From: a bacterium
GTDB lineage: Bacteria; UBA8248
Assembly (NCBI GenBank): GCA_965213685.1
Contig: CBDBZY010000051.1
Span: 417,698 to 481,697 of the forward strand
Direction of reading: 5' to 3'
DNA: 64,000 bases
The notes beneath the pieces are model-generated. The model had not been told where the DNA came from. It ran no database searches and saw only the letters and a list, made by a program, of their open reading frames with translations. Made by a program: the position numbers and the translations under genes. This document shows positions 1-19,326 of this stretch, piece after piece. The first letter of the stretch is position 1; every line of letters starts with the position of its first letter.

Positions 1-166
1 GAGGCAGAGGGTTACTAATGAGGGTGGGAGAGGGAGGGAGGGAGGGAGGGAGGGAGGGAGAGAGGGAGAGAGGGAGGGAGGGAGGGAGAAAGGGAGAGGG
101 AGGGAGGGAGAGAGGGGGAGAGAGCGAGCTTGAGGGAGAAAGGACATTGAGGAGAGTGCAAAGAAC

Positions 167-8857
<8,691 letters not shown>

Positions 8858-9112
8858 CGGCTCCACAACGCAGAGGCTACTACCGTTTGCACATTCGATC
8901 GAGGCAGAGGCGCGCGCCGCGATTTCGAGCTAGCGCCACGCCCACATCAACTATTAATTTTACAGACCATGTTTGCCGCAGTGACCAATCAGGTGGGATA
9001 TATAATAGTAAGAGCCCGGTAGCCATGGATTTATGGTCTAAGAACCATTCCTTGTCCTCGGGCGATATTACTTGTTGATCTATCTCATGCACTGACACCT
9101 CTCTATCATGCA

Positions 9113-9454
9113 CACAGCAAAAAAGAAATGCTTATTTCAACCAGAGTATGATTATCTTGAAGTAATTTAGCTTGATTCTACCCACTACTTCCACACTCAT
9201 GTTCCCAGTTGCATATCTGCTATACTCTATAGAATGTGTAAGGTGTCTAAAGCATGATTAGTAATCAGTCATGCACAATGCAATACTGCAGACATGGATT
9301 AGTGTTACTCATGCCTAGTGAACTAGTGAACCACCTCCTCCTCTACTGCCTGTATTGTTGGAGGATATTTGACACATTCTCCACATCCAACCAGCGCCAG
9401 ATGTTGCGAGAATAAATACTTATGGGTTAAAATAACCATTAATTATTTACAGTG
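9113..9454. mobile_element. Non-autonomous EnSpm/CACTA-like element (MITE), 342 bp
   Basis: The left end CACAGCAAAAAAGAAATGCTTATTTCAACC matches the reverse complement of the right end, CACTGTAAATAATTAATGGTTATTTTAACC, at 23/30 positions. A 2-bp CA flanks both sides (9111-9112, 9455-9456). Confidence 0.55.
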
Positions 9455-9482
9455 CATGCAGGGTGTTGGGTTATGACATACA

Positions 9483-10856
9483 TTACACTCTGAAATCATC
9501 CTCAAATGTGTAGCCACGGAAGAAGGGGAACTCCTTCATTCTCTCTTGGATTCTACGCAGTATCACTGGCTCCCACTTGATGAGGTCTCTGCTCCTGGAA
9601 ACATTCCTGTATGCCTTCTGGTAACACTCCTCAACATAATCCTGTGGGCACGGCACCTCAAAAGCATTGCATATCTCCAGCACACAACTCCTTGGATCCT
9701 TAATGTAATCCTCAATGTGAATCTCAACCACAGTGACTTTCTTGCTCACAGCTTTCACAGCAAGTGCTTGTGAGAACAACCTTTCTGTGTTCGACAATAG
9801 CACGGTAATGTCAGGCCTTACCTTTCTATGCATTAGGTCACTTGCTTTAGTTGTTTTCACCACAGAGAGCTGGTAGAGAATATTAGTGGCTATCATGTCG
9901 TAGGGATTCCGTACTACATGAACTGCAATGATTGACATGTTAAGACTGTCAACCATTTGATCTAAACACTTGTTTCCCTTTTTATATTGCATAACGTTAG
10001 TAGCACTACCACCAGATTTGTCCCCTATGACTCTCAGCTGGTGGAACTTGCCTTGCCACTGATTTCCAACATCCAGGTTGTAGCCCTTGCTTGTATTGCT
10101 ATCACTTCTCCAGCCACACTTGGAGGAAAGATAACTGTTCTTGTAGAGTTCGTTAAACAGCTGAGTTTTGTTCTCAAATATACTTGCCCCGACTTTGAGC
10201 TGTGATGCACAATCTGAGAAGAGAAAGTACTCGTGAGCTATCACAATGTCTGGGTGTGCATCCATCACACTGCCTATGATACTGTGGCCACTCCTCTGGT
10301 ACCCAACAAAGAAGACAAACTTCTCCACACCCTCCACCACTGACTGTGAGAGAGGCTGGAAGCCAAGAGCAGTGGCATTAGTTTTTCCAGGATTACAAAC
10401 TGAAAGTTTTGGCTTCATTTGAACCCTCTGCCGTCTGTCCTTCTTGTTCTGTAGGCCAATTGCGTGTAGGTCGAGTGGATGTGGAGGACGGATGGAACCA
10501 TTCTGAAGTGGAATGAAGCTTGTCTGGTCTCTGGGCATTTGCCTTGGCTGTATGTACATGTCCCTCTCTATAGCTGTCTTATCTCTATGATACAGTGTGG
10601 GATGTCTGGTTTTGTTAGTAGCTCTACCTTTGGAGTCCGAGAGTGCTCGTCTGGGTGGCTGACCAGGGGAGGGTTGCCGTGATGTCTGGGGGGTTGGCTG
10701 TGATTCCGGACTCACTGCGTGAACACCGCCAGATGCCGCCATGTCAAGGTTTGTGCTTTCTCTCGGCGACCAGTATTTAGGGAGGAGGTAAACGAAGCCT
10801 GAGAGCGCAATGGCTGCCACTGGAATCGCGTACCATGCCCTGCGCCTTCCTGCCAT
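9483..10856 (-). CDS. Type II membrane PAPS-dependent sulfotransferase, copy 1 (457 aa, intronless)
   Basis: Basic N-tail MAGRRR, TM helix AWYAIPVAAIALSGFVYLL, Pro/Gln stem, 5'-PSB-like FFVGYQRSGHSIIGSVMDAHPDI and 3'-PB-like HVVRNPYD. The motifs resemble the TPST/Sulfotransfer_3-like group. Confidence 0.88.
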   Translation of the reverse strand: MAGRRRAWYAIPVAAIALSGFVYLLPKYWSPRESTNLDMAASGGVHAVSPESQPTPQTSRQPSPGQPPRRALSDSKGRATNKTRHPTLYHRDKTAIERDMYIQPRQMPRDQTSFIPLQNGSIRPPHPLDLHAIGLQNKKDRRQRVQMKPKLSVCNPGKTNATALGFQPLSQSVVEGVEKFVFFVGYQRSGHSIIGSVMDAHPDIVIAHEYFLFSDCASQLKVGASIFENKTQLFNELYKNSYLSSKCGWRSDSNTSKGYNLDVGNQWQGKFHQLRVIGDKSGGSATNVMQYKKGNKCLDQMVDSLNMSIIAVHVVRNPYDMIATNILYQLSVVKTTKASDLMHRKVRPDITVLLSNTERLFSQALAVKAVSKKVTVVEIHIEDYIKDPRSCVLEICNAFEVPCPQDYVEECYQKAYRNVSRSRDLIKWEPVILRRIQERMKEFPFFRGYTFEDDFRV

Positions 10857-11053
10857 TTCGCAGTCGGCCAACTGAGACCTCAACAGACCAATATATATAC
10901 TTCAGACGGCCTATGCGGCAGCTATTAGCTGTTCCAATCAAAGACCACTACGCCTAGTCTCGTCTGGGAACGAGACTATATTACGCCTTACCCCCATACT
11001 ATCCCATATTGCATTGTACCGCGTCCTTTGGCACTCCGCGCTTCGTGCATTAA

Positions 11054-11634
11054 CCCTTTAATGCCCGTAAGGCAAATTAGGTAACTTTAGCGCATGCGGT
11101 AACATTTTGAAGTGACCTTGGATGGTATTTTTATGGGACAAAGCAGATTGGTAGCTATAATGCATGTAGAAGAAATGTGTGTACGCTAGGAAACGTTTGA
11201 TTGTACTGCAGACAGCTTAGAGAGCCTGGCGTACGAACCGTTCGGGATTTTGCGCATTACGCGTGTACATTGAGCGCTTAGTGCTTGAACAGCGCCTAAT
11301 CATGAATTGCTTTGTCCTAGAAGACTCTCGTTACTTCCACAGACATAGCGAGTATTTGTAAGCTTTCAGAACAAAAATCAACTTCCTTGCCCCCAGGCTA
11401 AAGCAGAAACGCTCAACAAAGTTCCAAAAAAGTGCTGACTCAGCACTTTACACCGACCAGTCTCCGCCCCCTTATTAGGGCTTTGGTGTGGGATACACTA
11501 GCGCTGCGCTATACACACCTCATTTAGTCCTTTCGTCACCACATACTACTAGATCACCGCAATCGGATATTTGTGGCCAGCAGTATAAACTGTTGAAAAC
11601 CATGCATAAATGCATTCTTATGGGCATTAAAGGG
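11054..11634. mobile_element. piggyBac-like MITE (581 bp) with TTAA target-site duplication
   Basis: TTAA at 11050-11053 and 11635-11638. Termini CCCTTTAATGCCCGTAAG and CTTATGGGCATTAAAGGG form an 18-bp TIR with 1 mismatch. No transposase ORF. Confidence 0.85.
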
Positions 11635-12116
11635 TTAAAGCCTTTCTGAGTACCTAGTGTCTCTCTACGTATCTAACGATACCTCCCAAGTATCCGAAAT
11701 CATAGATAATATACACGGGTATAATATCTTATCTCCTATCAATAATAAGCCGAAATGCATTGCTGAACTAACTTCCGAGTATAAACGTTACCAGAGTCTT
11801 AGTACCTGCTCAAATTCTTGTCACAGTGAACAGAAGTATGGACCTTTTCATAAGGAAGGTGTATGGAACGCCAAATACGACAATGCGTTAGTGAGCTGGG
11901 CGCAATTATATGTTATGGCGCCGAACGCTCTTCGCTATCGCGCATGCGTGTGATTAGTAAAGTAGAAGAATTATAACAAAAAGACGCGCATGGGGGTATG
12001 GCGTAATACTTGAGTGAGGCTGAGTACCTTTACAGCTATGGAGCTTTGCCGCATAGGTCATCTGAAGTAGATGTTTGGTCTGTTGAGGTCTCAGTTGGCC
12101 GACAGCAGGCTGTGAA

Positions 12117-13487
12117 ATGGCGGGAAGGCGCAGGGCATGGTACGCTATTGCAGTGACAACCATTGCGCTCTCTTTCTTCGTTTACCTCCTCCCCAAGCAC
12201 TGGTCGCCGAGAGAATACACAAACCTTGGCGTGGCGGCATCTGGTGGGGTGCACGCAGTGAGTCCGGAATCACAGCCAACCCCCCAGACATCACGGCAAC
12301 CCTCCCCTGGTCAGCCACCCAGACGAGCGCTCTCGGACTCCAAGGGTAGAGCTACTAACAAAACCAGACCTTCCACACTGTATCACAGAGATAAGACAGC
12401 TCTAGAGAGGGACACGCACATACAGCCAAGGCAAATGCTCAGAGACCAGACAAGCTTAATTCCACTTCAGAATGGTTCCATCCGTCCTCCACGTCCACTA
12501 GCAATTGGCCTACAGAACGAGAAGGACAGACTCAGGCAGCAGAGTGTTAAAATGAAACCAAAACTTTTGGTTTGTAATCCTGGAAAAACTAATACCACTG
12601 CTCTTGGCTTCCAGCCTCTCTCACAGTCAGTAGTGGAGGGTGTGGAGAAGTTTGTCTTCTTTGTTGGGTACCAGAGGAGTGCCCACAGTATCATAGGCAG
12701 TGTGATGGATGCACACCCAGACATTGTGATAGCTCATGAGTACTTTCTCTTCTCAGAGTGTGCATCACAGCTCAAAGTCGGGGCCAGTATATTTAAGAAC
12801 AAAACTCAGCTGTTTAACGAACTCTACAAGAACAGTTACCTTTCCTCCAAGTGTGGCTGGAGAAGTGATAGCAATACAAGCAAGGGCTACAACCTGGACA
12901 TTGGAGATCAGTGGCAAGGCAAGTTCCACCAGCTGAGAGTCATAGGGGACAAATCTGGTGGCAGTGCTACTAAATTTATGCAATCTGACAAGGGAAACAA
13001 GTGTTTAGATCAAATGGTTGACAGTCTTAACATGTCAATCATTGCAGTTCATGTAGTACGGAATCCCTATGACATGATAGCCACTAATATTCTCTACCAG
13101 CTCTCTGTGGTGAAAGCAACTAAAGCAAGTGACATAATGCATAGAAAGGTAAGGCCTGACATTACCGTGCTATTGTTGAACACAAAAAGGTTGTTCTCAC
13201 AAGCACTTGCTGTGAAAGCTGTGAGCAAGAAAGTCACTGTGGTTGAGATTCACATTGAGGATTACATTAAGGATCCAAGGAGTTGTGTGCTGGAGATATG
13301 CAATGCTCTTGAGGTGCCATGCCCACAGGATTATGTTGAGGAGTGTTACCAGAAGGCATACAGGAATATTTCCAGGAGCAGAGACCTTATCGAGTGGGAG
13401 CCAGTGATACTGCGTAGAATCCAAGAGAAAATGAAGGAGTTCCCCTTCTTCCGTGGCTATACATTTGAGGATGATTTCCGATTGTAA
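12117..13487 (+). CDS. Type II membrane sulfotransferase, copy 2 (456 aa, intronless)
   Basis: Paralogue closest to copy 1. The PSB-like loop reads GYQRSAHS, and VVRNPYD is present. Confidence 0.88.
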   Translation: MAGRRRAWYAIAVTTIALSFFVYLLPKHWSPREYTNLGVAASGGVHAVSPESQPTPQTSRQPSPGQPPRRALSDSKGRATNKTRPSTLYHRDKTALERDTHIQPRQMLRDQTSLIPLQNGSIRPPRPLAIGLQNEKDRLRQQSVKMKPKLLVCNPGKTNTTALGFQPLSQSVVEGVEKFVFFVGYQRSAHSIIGSVMDAHPDIVIAHEYFLFSECASQLKVGASIFKNKTQLFNELYKNSYLSSKCGWRSDSNTSKGYNLDIGDQWQGKFHQLRVIGDKSGGSATKFMQSDKGNKCLDQMVDSLNMSIIAVHVVRNPYDMIATNILYQLSVVKATKASDIMHRKVRPDITVLLLNTKRLFSQALAVKAVSKKVTVVEIHIEDYIKDPRSCVLEICNALEVPCPQDYVEECYQKAYRNISRSRDLIEWEPVILRRIQEKMKEFPFFRGYTFEDDFRL

Positions 13488-13903
13488 CATACATTGTGTA
13501 TTGTATAATATTTTATAGCATCCATGGCAGTAGACTGGAACTGATTCTGTGGCCTCTATGTGCATGTGAGGGTTGATACACACTCTCAGGCGAGTCACGT
13601 GTATCATTAAAGGAATTTGTATTGGCTATATGTACGTGTGCTCGACTTTATATTTATGGGAGGTAGACCACTTAGCTGGGAGAGCTACATGTCTGACGGA
13701 ATAACGACGCTAGCCCTCAGAGTTATGGTTGCATTAGCGCCCTTCGCCCTTTCGCACGTGCGAACGCATGGAGGCACGGCGTAGATACCTCAGTGAGGCT
13801 AAGTATCCTTTGATTGGAACAGCTATGGAGCTTTGCCGCATAGGTCATCTGAAGTAGATATTTGGTCTGTTGAGGTCTCAGTTGGCCGACAGCGGGCTGT
13901 GAA

Positions 13904-15262
13904 ATGGCAGGAAGGCGCAGGGCATGGTACGCTATTGCAGTGGCAGCCATTGCGCTCTCTTTCTTCGTCTACCTCCTCCCCAAGCACTGGTCGCCGAAAG
14001 AAAGCACAAATCTCGACATGGCGGCATCTGGCGGGGTGCACGCAGTGAGTCCGGAATCACAGCCAACCCCCCAGACATCACGGCAACCCTCCCCTGGTCA
14101 GCGCCCCAATGTAGCATCTTCTGACTCCAACGGAGCCAACAAAACCAGGCCACCCATACTGAGTCAGAGAGGTAATAGACCTACAGCCGTAGAGAGGGAC
14201 ACGCACGTACAACCCAGACAAATGCCGAGAGACATGATCAACTTCACTACACGTAAGAATGATACCATCCACAGTCCTCCGAGTCCACTCGGCCGACACG
14301 CAATTGGCCTACAAAACAGACAGCAGAGCGTTACATTCAAGCCAAAGCTTTCACTTTGTAATCCTGGAAAATCTAATGCCACTGCTCTTGGCTTCCAGCC
14401 TCTCTCACAGTCAGTAGTGGAGGGTGTGGAGAAGTTTGTCTTCTTTGTTGGGTACCCAAGAAGTGGCCACAGTATCATAGGCAGTGTGATGGATGCACAC
14501 CCAGACATTGCAATAGCTCACGAGTACTTTCTCTTCTCAGAGTGTGCATCACAGCTCAAAGTCGGGGCCAGTATATTTGAGAACAAAACTCAGCTGTTTA
14601 ACGAACTCTACAAGAACAGTTACCTTTCCTCCAAGTGTGGCTTGAGGAGTGATAGCAATGCACGCAAGGGCTATAGCCTGGATGTTGGAAGTCAGTGGCA
14701 AGGCACATTCCGCCAGCTGAGAGTGATAGGGGACAAATCTGGTGGTAAAACCTCTCAAGTTATGAAATCCCGTACAAGAAGCCAGTGTTTACAACAAATG
14801 ATTGATGGTCTTGACCTGCAAATCATTGCAGTTCATGTAGTACGTAATCCCTATGACATGATAGCCACTAGGATACTGTACCAGCTCCCTACTGTTAGAC
14901 CTAGAGACCACTTGCATAAAAGAGTGAAGCCCGATCACGATATGCAAATTTCAAACACAAATGCCTTGTTCTCACAAGCACTTGCTGTGAAAGCTGTGAG
15001 CAAGAAAGTCACTGTGTTTGAGATTCACATTGAGGATTACATTAAGGATCCAAGGAGGTGTGTGCTAGAGATATGCAATGCTCTTGAGGTGCCGTGCCCA
15101 CAGGATTATGTTGAGGAGTGTTACCAGAAGGCATACAGGAATGTTTCCAGGAGCAGAGACCTCATCGAGTGGGAGCCAGTGATACTGCGTAGAATCCAAG
15201 AGAGAATGAAGGAGTTCCCCTTCTTCCGTGGCTACACATTTGAGGATGATTTCAGACTGTAA
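13904..15262 (+). CDS. Type II membrane sulfotransferase, copy 3 (452 aa, intronless)
   Basis: GYPRSGHS and VVRNPYD motifs. Its 5' and 3' flanks are homologous to those of copy 2 (tandem duplication). Confidence 0.88.
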   Translation: MAGRRRAWYAIAVAAIALSFFVYLLPKHWSPKESTNLDMAASGGVHAVSPESQPTPQTSRQPSPGQRPNVASSDSNGANKTRPPILSQRGNRPTAVERDTHVQPRQMPRDMINFTTRKNDTIHSPPSPLGRHAIGLQNRQQSVTFKPKLSLCNPGKSNATALGFQPLSQSVVEGVEKFVFFVGYPRSGHSIIGSVMDAHPDIAIAHEYFLFSECASQLKVGASIFENKTQLFNELYKNSYLSSKCGLRSDSNARKGYSLDVGSQWQGTFRQLRVIGDKSGGKTSQVMKSRTRSQCLQQMIDGLDLQIIAVHVVRNPYDMIATRILYQLPTVRPRDHLHKRVKPDHDMQISNTNALFSQALAVKAVSKKVTVFEIHIEDYIKDPRRCVLEICNALEVPCPQDYVEECYQKAYRNVSRSRDLIEWEPVILRRIQERMKEFPFFRGYTFEDDFRL

Positions 15263-16299
15263 CGTACATTGTGTAATATATAATATTATACACAGTAGAC
15301 TAGTAGATCTAGAACCGATCCTGCATGTGGCCTCTCTGTGCATGTGAAGGTTGATACACACTCTCGGGCGAGAGTGTATCTAATAATGTATGTACGTGTG
15401 CTGGACCTCATGGCTATGGGAGGTAGACCGTGCACGTAACTAATCTGCACTAACTGGGAGGGCTACATGTCTATGGATAATATAGACGCTGTATGTCGCG
15501 TAAGCTTTGCGTGTCCTTTTCGCATGTGTACATTAATTAATAGGAGGGCAGCTACCGTTCGCGCGGCGTCCGCGTTACACGCGGCAAGGGCTACCTACAT
15601 GTAGCTTGGGGCCCACGCTAGGGACCATCTAGCTCACCGGTCGTGCGAGGAGGCAGGGCTAGGACTAGACTATAGGGACTGCGACTACAATGTAGCTTAT
15701 AGACATGGTACGAAGTTGGTGTCCATCGGAAACTGTACATCTATGATTCCACTTGACTTCAGGCCAACGGGGCTGAGAAAATTACTTGGCTGCTGGGATA
15801 CATGCTGTGTGCGTTCACACATCACTTGATAGCTTAGCAGGCAATTTATACGTAAGCTTGGACATTAACTTTGAGGCCAGTCAGAATTATATATTTAAGA
15901 GTTGTACATTGCAGCTAGTGATCCAACATTGTACTTTGGCTGGCTCTTGCAAATGTTGCTACATACATAAGATCTTAGATACAAACCATGCCAAACAGCA
16001 TCTGACTATTGCAGCTGGCTTGCTCCCGCTCGCCCACAATGCTCAGCATTCCACTAGTTTAAGCTTATAAAATAAGCGATAACTAGAGGTAAGTGAACTG
16101 GCTTGGTACCGGTAGTATGGCGTCAATACTTTCAGTGAGATTGAAACAGTAACGGGCCATCTGTTTGTTCACCGCTATTCTAGTCAAGATGCATGCTTCA
16201 CCTCACCGAAGGCATCCATAATCACTGTTTATGGCTAGCTCTTAGCGCTCTTCTGAGGGATTTGCCCTATCTCCTCAGATATTTGTGTATTGGAACACA

Positions 16300-16334
16300 G
16301 CACAACGTTTCACCTTTTGGGCTTCTTCAGGTGC
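16300..16334 (-). ncRNA. Minimal type I hammerhead ribozyme (Penelope-like element type)
   Basis: The minus strand reads gcac-CTGAAGA-a-gcc-caaaa-ggt-GAAACGTT-gtgc, with stem I gcac/gtgc, a short stem II and intact cores. Confidence 0.7.
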
Positions 16335-17308
16335 AACTGACACATACAAAACTCAAAGCAGACCATCCATAATCAGATCGCGATCTTCTTATAGCGCTTC
16401 CTAGACCTTCTATTAGGCACGCGCGACAGCAGAGCATGCATGCAAGATGAATACACGTAAGTACCGCACACTGTTAAAAAAAGGGTGTTGGAGAAACACT
16501 TTTGAGGGTGCTCGGTTCACATGTGCCATGCAGTTTAGCATCTCCAGAGTGCTAAAAGGAAGGGCAAACAGGCACTCCAAGAGGGCATCGATTCACAAGG
16601 TTCCACCAGGCATTACTAGTCTAGAAAGGTGAAAAAGCGGCCTTTGGGATAATAATTCACAACCCGTTGTATGTCGGCCAACCAGACTGGCGAACGCCCC
16701 CGTATTGTATATTTCCACATTCTCTGTGCCAACCAGTTTATACTTGCTACTAGTACTAATGCTTAGCGTATGGCGTTAGTACACAGTGCGCCCGCACGAT
16801 CCGAGATCACATGTCGGAATATGCGCCATGAAAATATCTTCCTACGCCACTGACACTGACTGTCAGACCTGTACTTAGTATACTACTCTTAATGTCTGTG
16901 CCCTATACATATGGAGTCCAGCAACCACACCAGCATTTCATCGAAGAAAAAATAACATCAATCTGACTGCTGTACAACTCCTTCCACTAATACCTATAGG
17001 TAATAAATTAAAACAGTGGCTGCCATTATGGTCTCCTCCTCGAGCTCTGATCCCACTACATTCGTACCCACTGGCAGTGGCAGCAGCACAAAGCCAACCA
17101 CCCATGCAGTTGGTATTAAATTTGTGGTGGCAGAGCCACACCAACGTCAAGCTGCATGGATTGCTTCTACTAATACTCTAATACTCTTGTCTGAGAGTGT
17201 AGATTCATCACCCCACAGAGTGCCCATATATGCAGGTAGGCTGTGCATGGTTCTATACAACTACCATGGGTAGCCAAGAGTGAATTATAATTATACAACT
17301 GTCATATA

Positions 17309-18679
17309 TTACAATCTGAAATCATCCTCAAATGTGTAGCCACGGAAGAAGGGGAACTCCTTCATTCTCTCTTGGATTCTACGCAGTATCACTGGCTCCC
17401 ACTCGATGAGGTCTCTGCTCCTGGAAACATTCCTGTATGTCTTCTGGTAACACTCCTCAACATAATCCTGTGGGCACGGCACCTCAAGAGCATTGCATAT
17501 CTCTAGCACACACCTCCTTGGATCCTTAATGTAATCCTCAATGTGAATCTCAACCACAGTGACTTTCTTGCTCACAGTTGTCACAGCAAGTGCTTGTGAG
17601 AACAAGGCATTTGTGTTTGAAATTTGCATATTGTGGTCAGGCCTTAACTTTCTATGCAATATGTCACTAGCTTTAGTACTTCTTACAGTAGAGAGTTGAT
17701 AGAGAATACTAGTGGCTATCATGTCGTAGGGATTCCGTACTACATGAACTGCAATGATTGACATGTTAAGGTAATCAACCATTTGTTCTAAACACTTGTT
17801 TCCTGTGCCAGATTTCATAGAGTGAGAGGTTTTACCACCAGATTTGTCCCCTATGACTCTCAGCTGGCGGAATGTGCCTTGCCACTGACTTCCAACATCC
17901 AGGTTGTAGCCTTTGCTTGTATTGCTATCACTTCTCCAGCCACACTTGGAGGAAAGGTAACTGTTCTTGTAGAGTTCGTTACACAGCTGAGTTTTGTTCT
18001 CAAATATACTGGCCCCAACTTTGAGCTGTGATGCACACTCTGAGAAGAGAAAGTACTCGTGAGCTATCACAATGTCTGGGTGTGCATCCATCACACTGCC
18101 TATGATACTGTGGCCACTTCTTGGGTACCCAATAAAGAAGACAAACTTCTCCACACCCTCCACTACTGACTGTGAGAGAGGCTGGAAGCCAAGAGCAGTG
18201 GCATTAGTTATTTCAGCAGGATCACACATCAAAAATTCTGGCTTTACTTTACCCTTCCTCCGCTTGTCCCTCTTGTTCTGTAGCCCAATTTTGTGTCTGT
18301 TGAGTGGACTCAGAAGACGTATGGCATCATTATGAAGTTCAGTGAAGTTGACCTGGTTCCTCAGTATCTGTGCGTGCGTGTTCCATTTTAGAGCTGCCTT
18401 ATCTCTGTTATACAATGCAGGATATCCGGTTTTGTTGGCTCTATTTCTGTCGTTGGAGTCGGAAGATGCTCGTCTGGGTGGCTGACCAGGGGAGGGTTGC
18501 CGTGATGTCTGGGGGGTTGGCTGTGATTCCGGACTCACTGCGTGCACCCCGCCAGATGCCGCCACTCCAAGATTTGTGTTTTCACTTGGCGACCAGTACT
18601 TGGGGAGGAGGTAGACGAAGAAAGAGATCGCAATGGTTGTCAGTGCAATAGCGTACCATGCCCTGCGCCTTCCTGCCAT
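17309..18679 (-). CDS. Type II membrane sulfotransferase, copy 4 (456 aa, intronless)
   Basis: ATG of MAGRRR at 18679; FFIGYPRSGHS and VVRNPYD motifs; the conserved end FFRGYTFEDDFRL* is present. Confidence 0.88.
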   Translation of the reverse strand: MAGRRRAWYAIALTTIAISFFVYLLPKYWSPSENTNLGVAASGGVHAVSPESQPTPQTSRQPSPGQPPRRASSDSNDRNRANKTGYPALYNRDKAALKWNTHAQILRNQVNFTELHNDAIRLLSPLNRHKIGLQNKRDKRRKGKVKPEFLMCDPAEITNATALGFQPLSQSVVEGVEKFVFFIGYPRSGHSIIGSVMDAHPDIVIAHEYFLFSECASQLKVGASIFENKTQLCNELYKNSYLSSKCGWRSDSNTSKGYNLDVGSQWQGTFRQLRVIGDKSGGKTSHSMKSGTGNKCLEQMVDYLNMSIIAVHVVRNPYDMIATSILYQLSTVRSTKASDILHRKLRPDHNMQISNTNALFSQALAVTTVSKKVTVVEIHIEDYIKDPRRCVLEICNALEVPCPQDYVEECYQKTYRNVSRSRDLIEWEPVILRRIQERMKEFPFFRGYTFEDDFRL

Positions 18680-19326
18680 TTCACAGCCCGCTGTCGGCCA
18701 ACTGAGGACTCGACAGACCAAGATTTGCCGAACAACCACCTCAGATAGCCTTATGCCAATTGTTAAATGTATTTACCCTCACAGAGAGTATAATCTGTGC
18801 CAAGCCAAAATTAATATCCTTTATTGCGCGGGTGTCTTGGCTAACCAGATGCCTCTTATAGAATTACGGTATGTATGCGTGTACGCGTTCATCTCAAATC
18901 CTACGGCTTAGCCATAGATGTAATATTGTTACTTATTTCATATCTGTGGCTTGAGTCCGGCAAACATACTAGAACTTGAAAAAGCCCCCAGAAAAAACAA
19001 TACTCATTCAACTGGTGAAACAGAGGATCAACTGTGGTCTCTTCCCCCTAGAGCTCTCATCCCACTTGACTCCTACCTGCACATTTGTAGTGGCAGCACT
19101 AGCAGCAAAAGACCAACCATCCATGCAGTCAGTAGTTGTGGGGCAGAGCCACCACATCAAAAGATAGAGATTGTCAAAATCTCAGCTGTATTGATATACG
19201 TTCCATCTACTCTTGTTTGAGACTGCATGTGTGTCTACCAGGCCACGGCCCACAGGTAGGCTGTGGTTCATCTACAACATGGATGGGCAAGAGTGTGCTT
19301 CAGTATAATTATAATACAACAGGTAT

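Noticed and set aside
10955-10978. Small hairpin TAGTCTCG...CGAGACTA upstream of sulfotransferase copy 1
   Set aside because: Possibly a collapsed MITE end, but too short to support a call.
16469-16510. CACTGTTAAAAAAAGGGTGTT, resembling an EnSpm/CACTA terminus
   Set aside because: No matching inverted terminus or target-site duplication was found nearby; at best a fragment.
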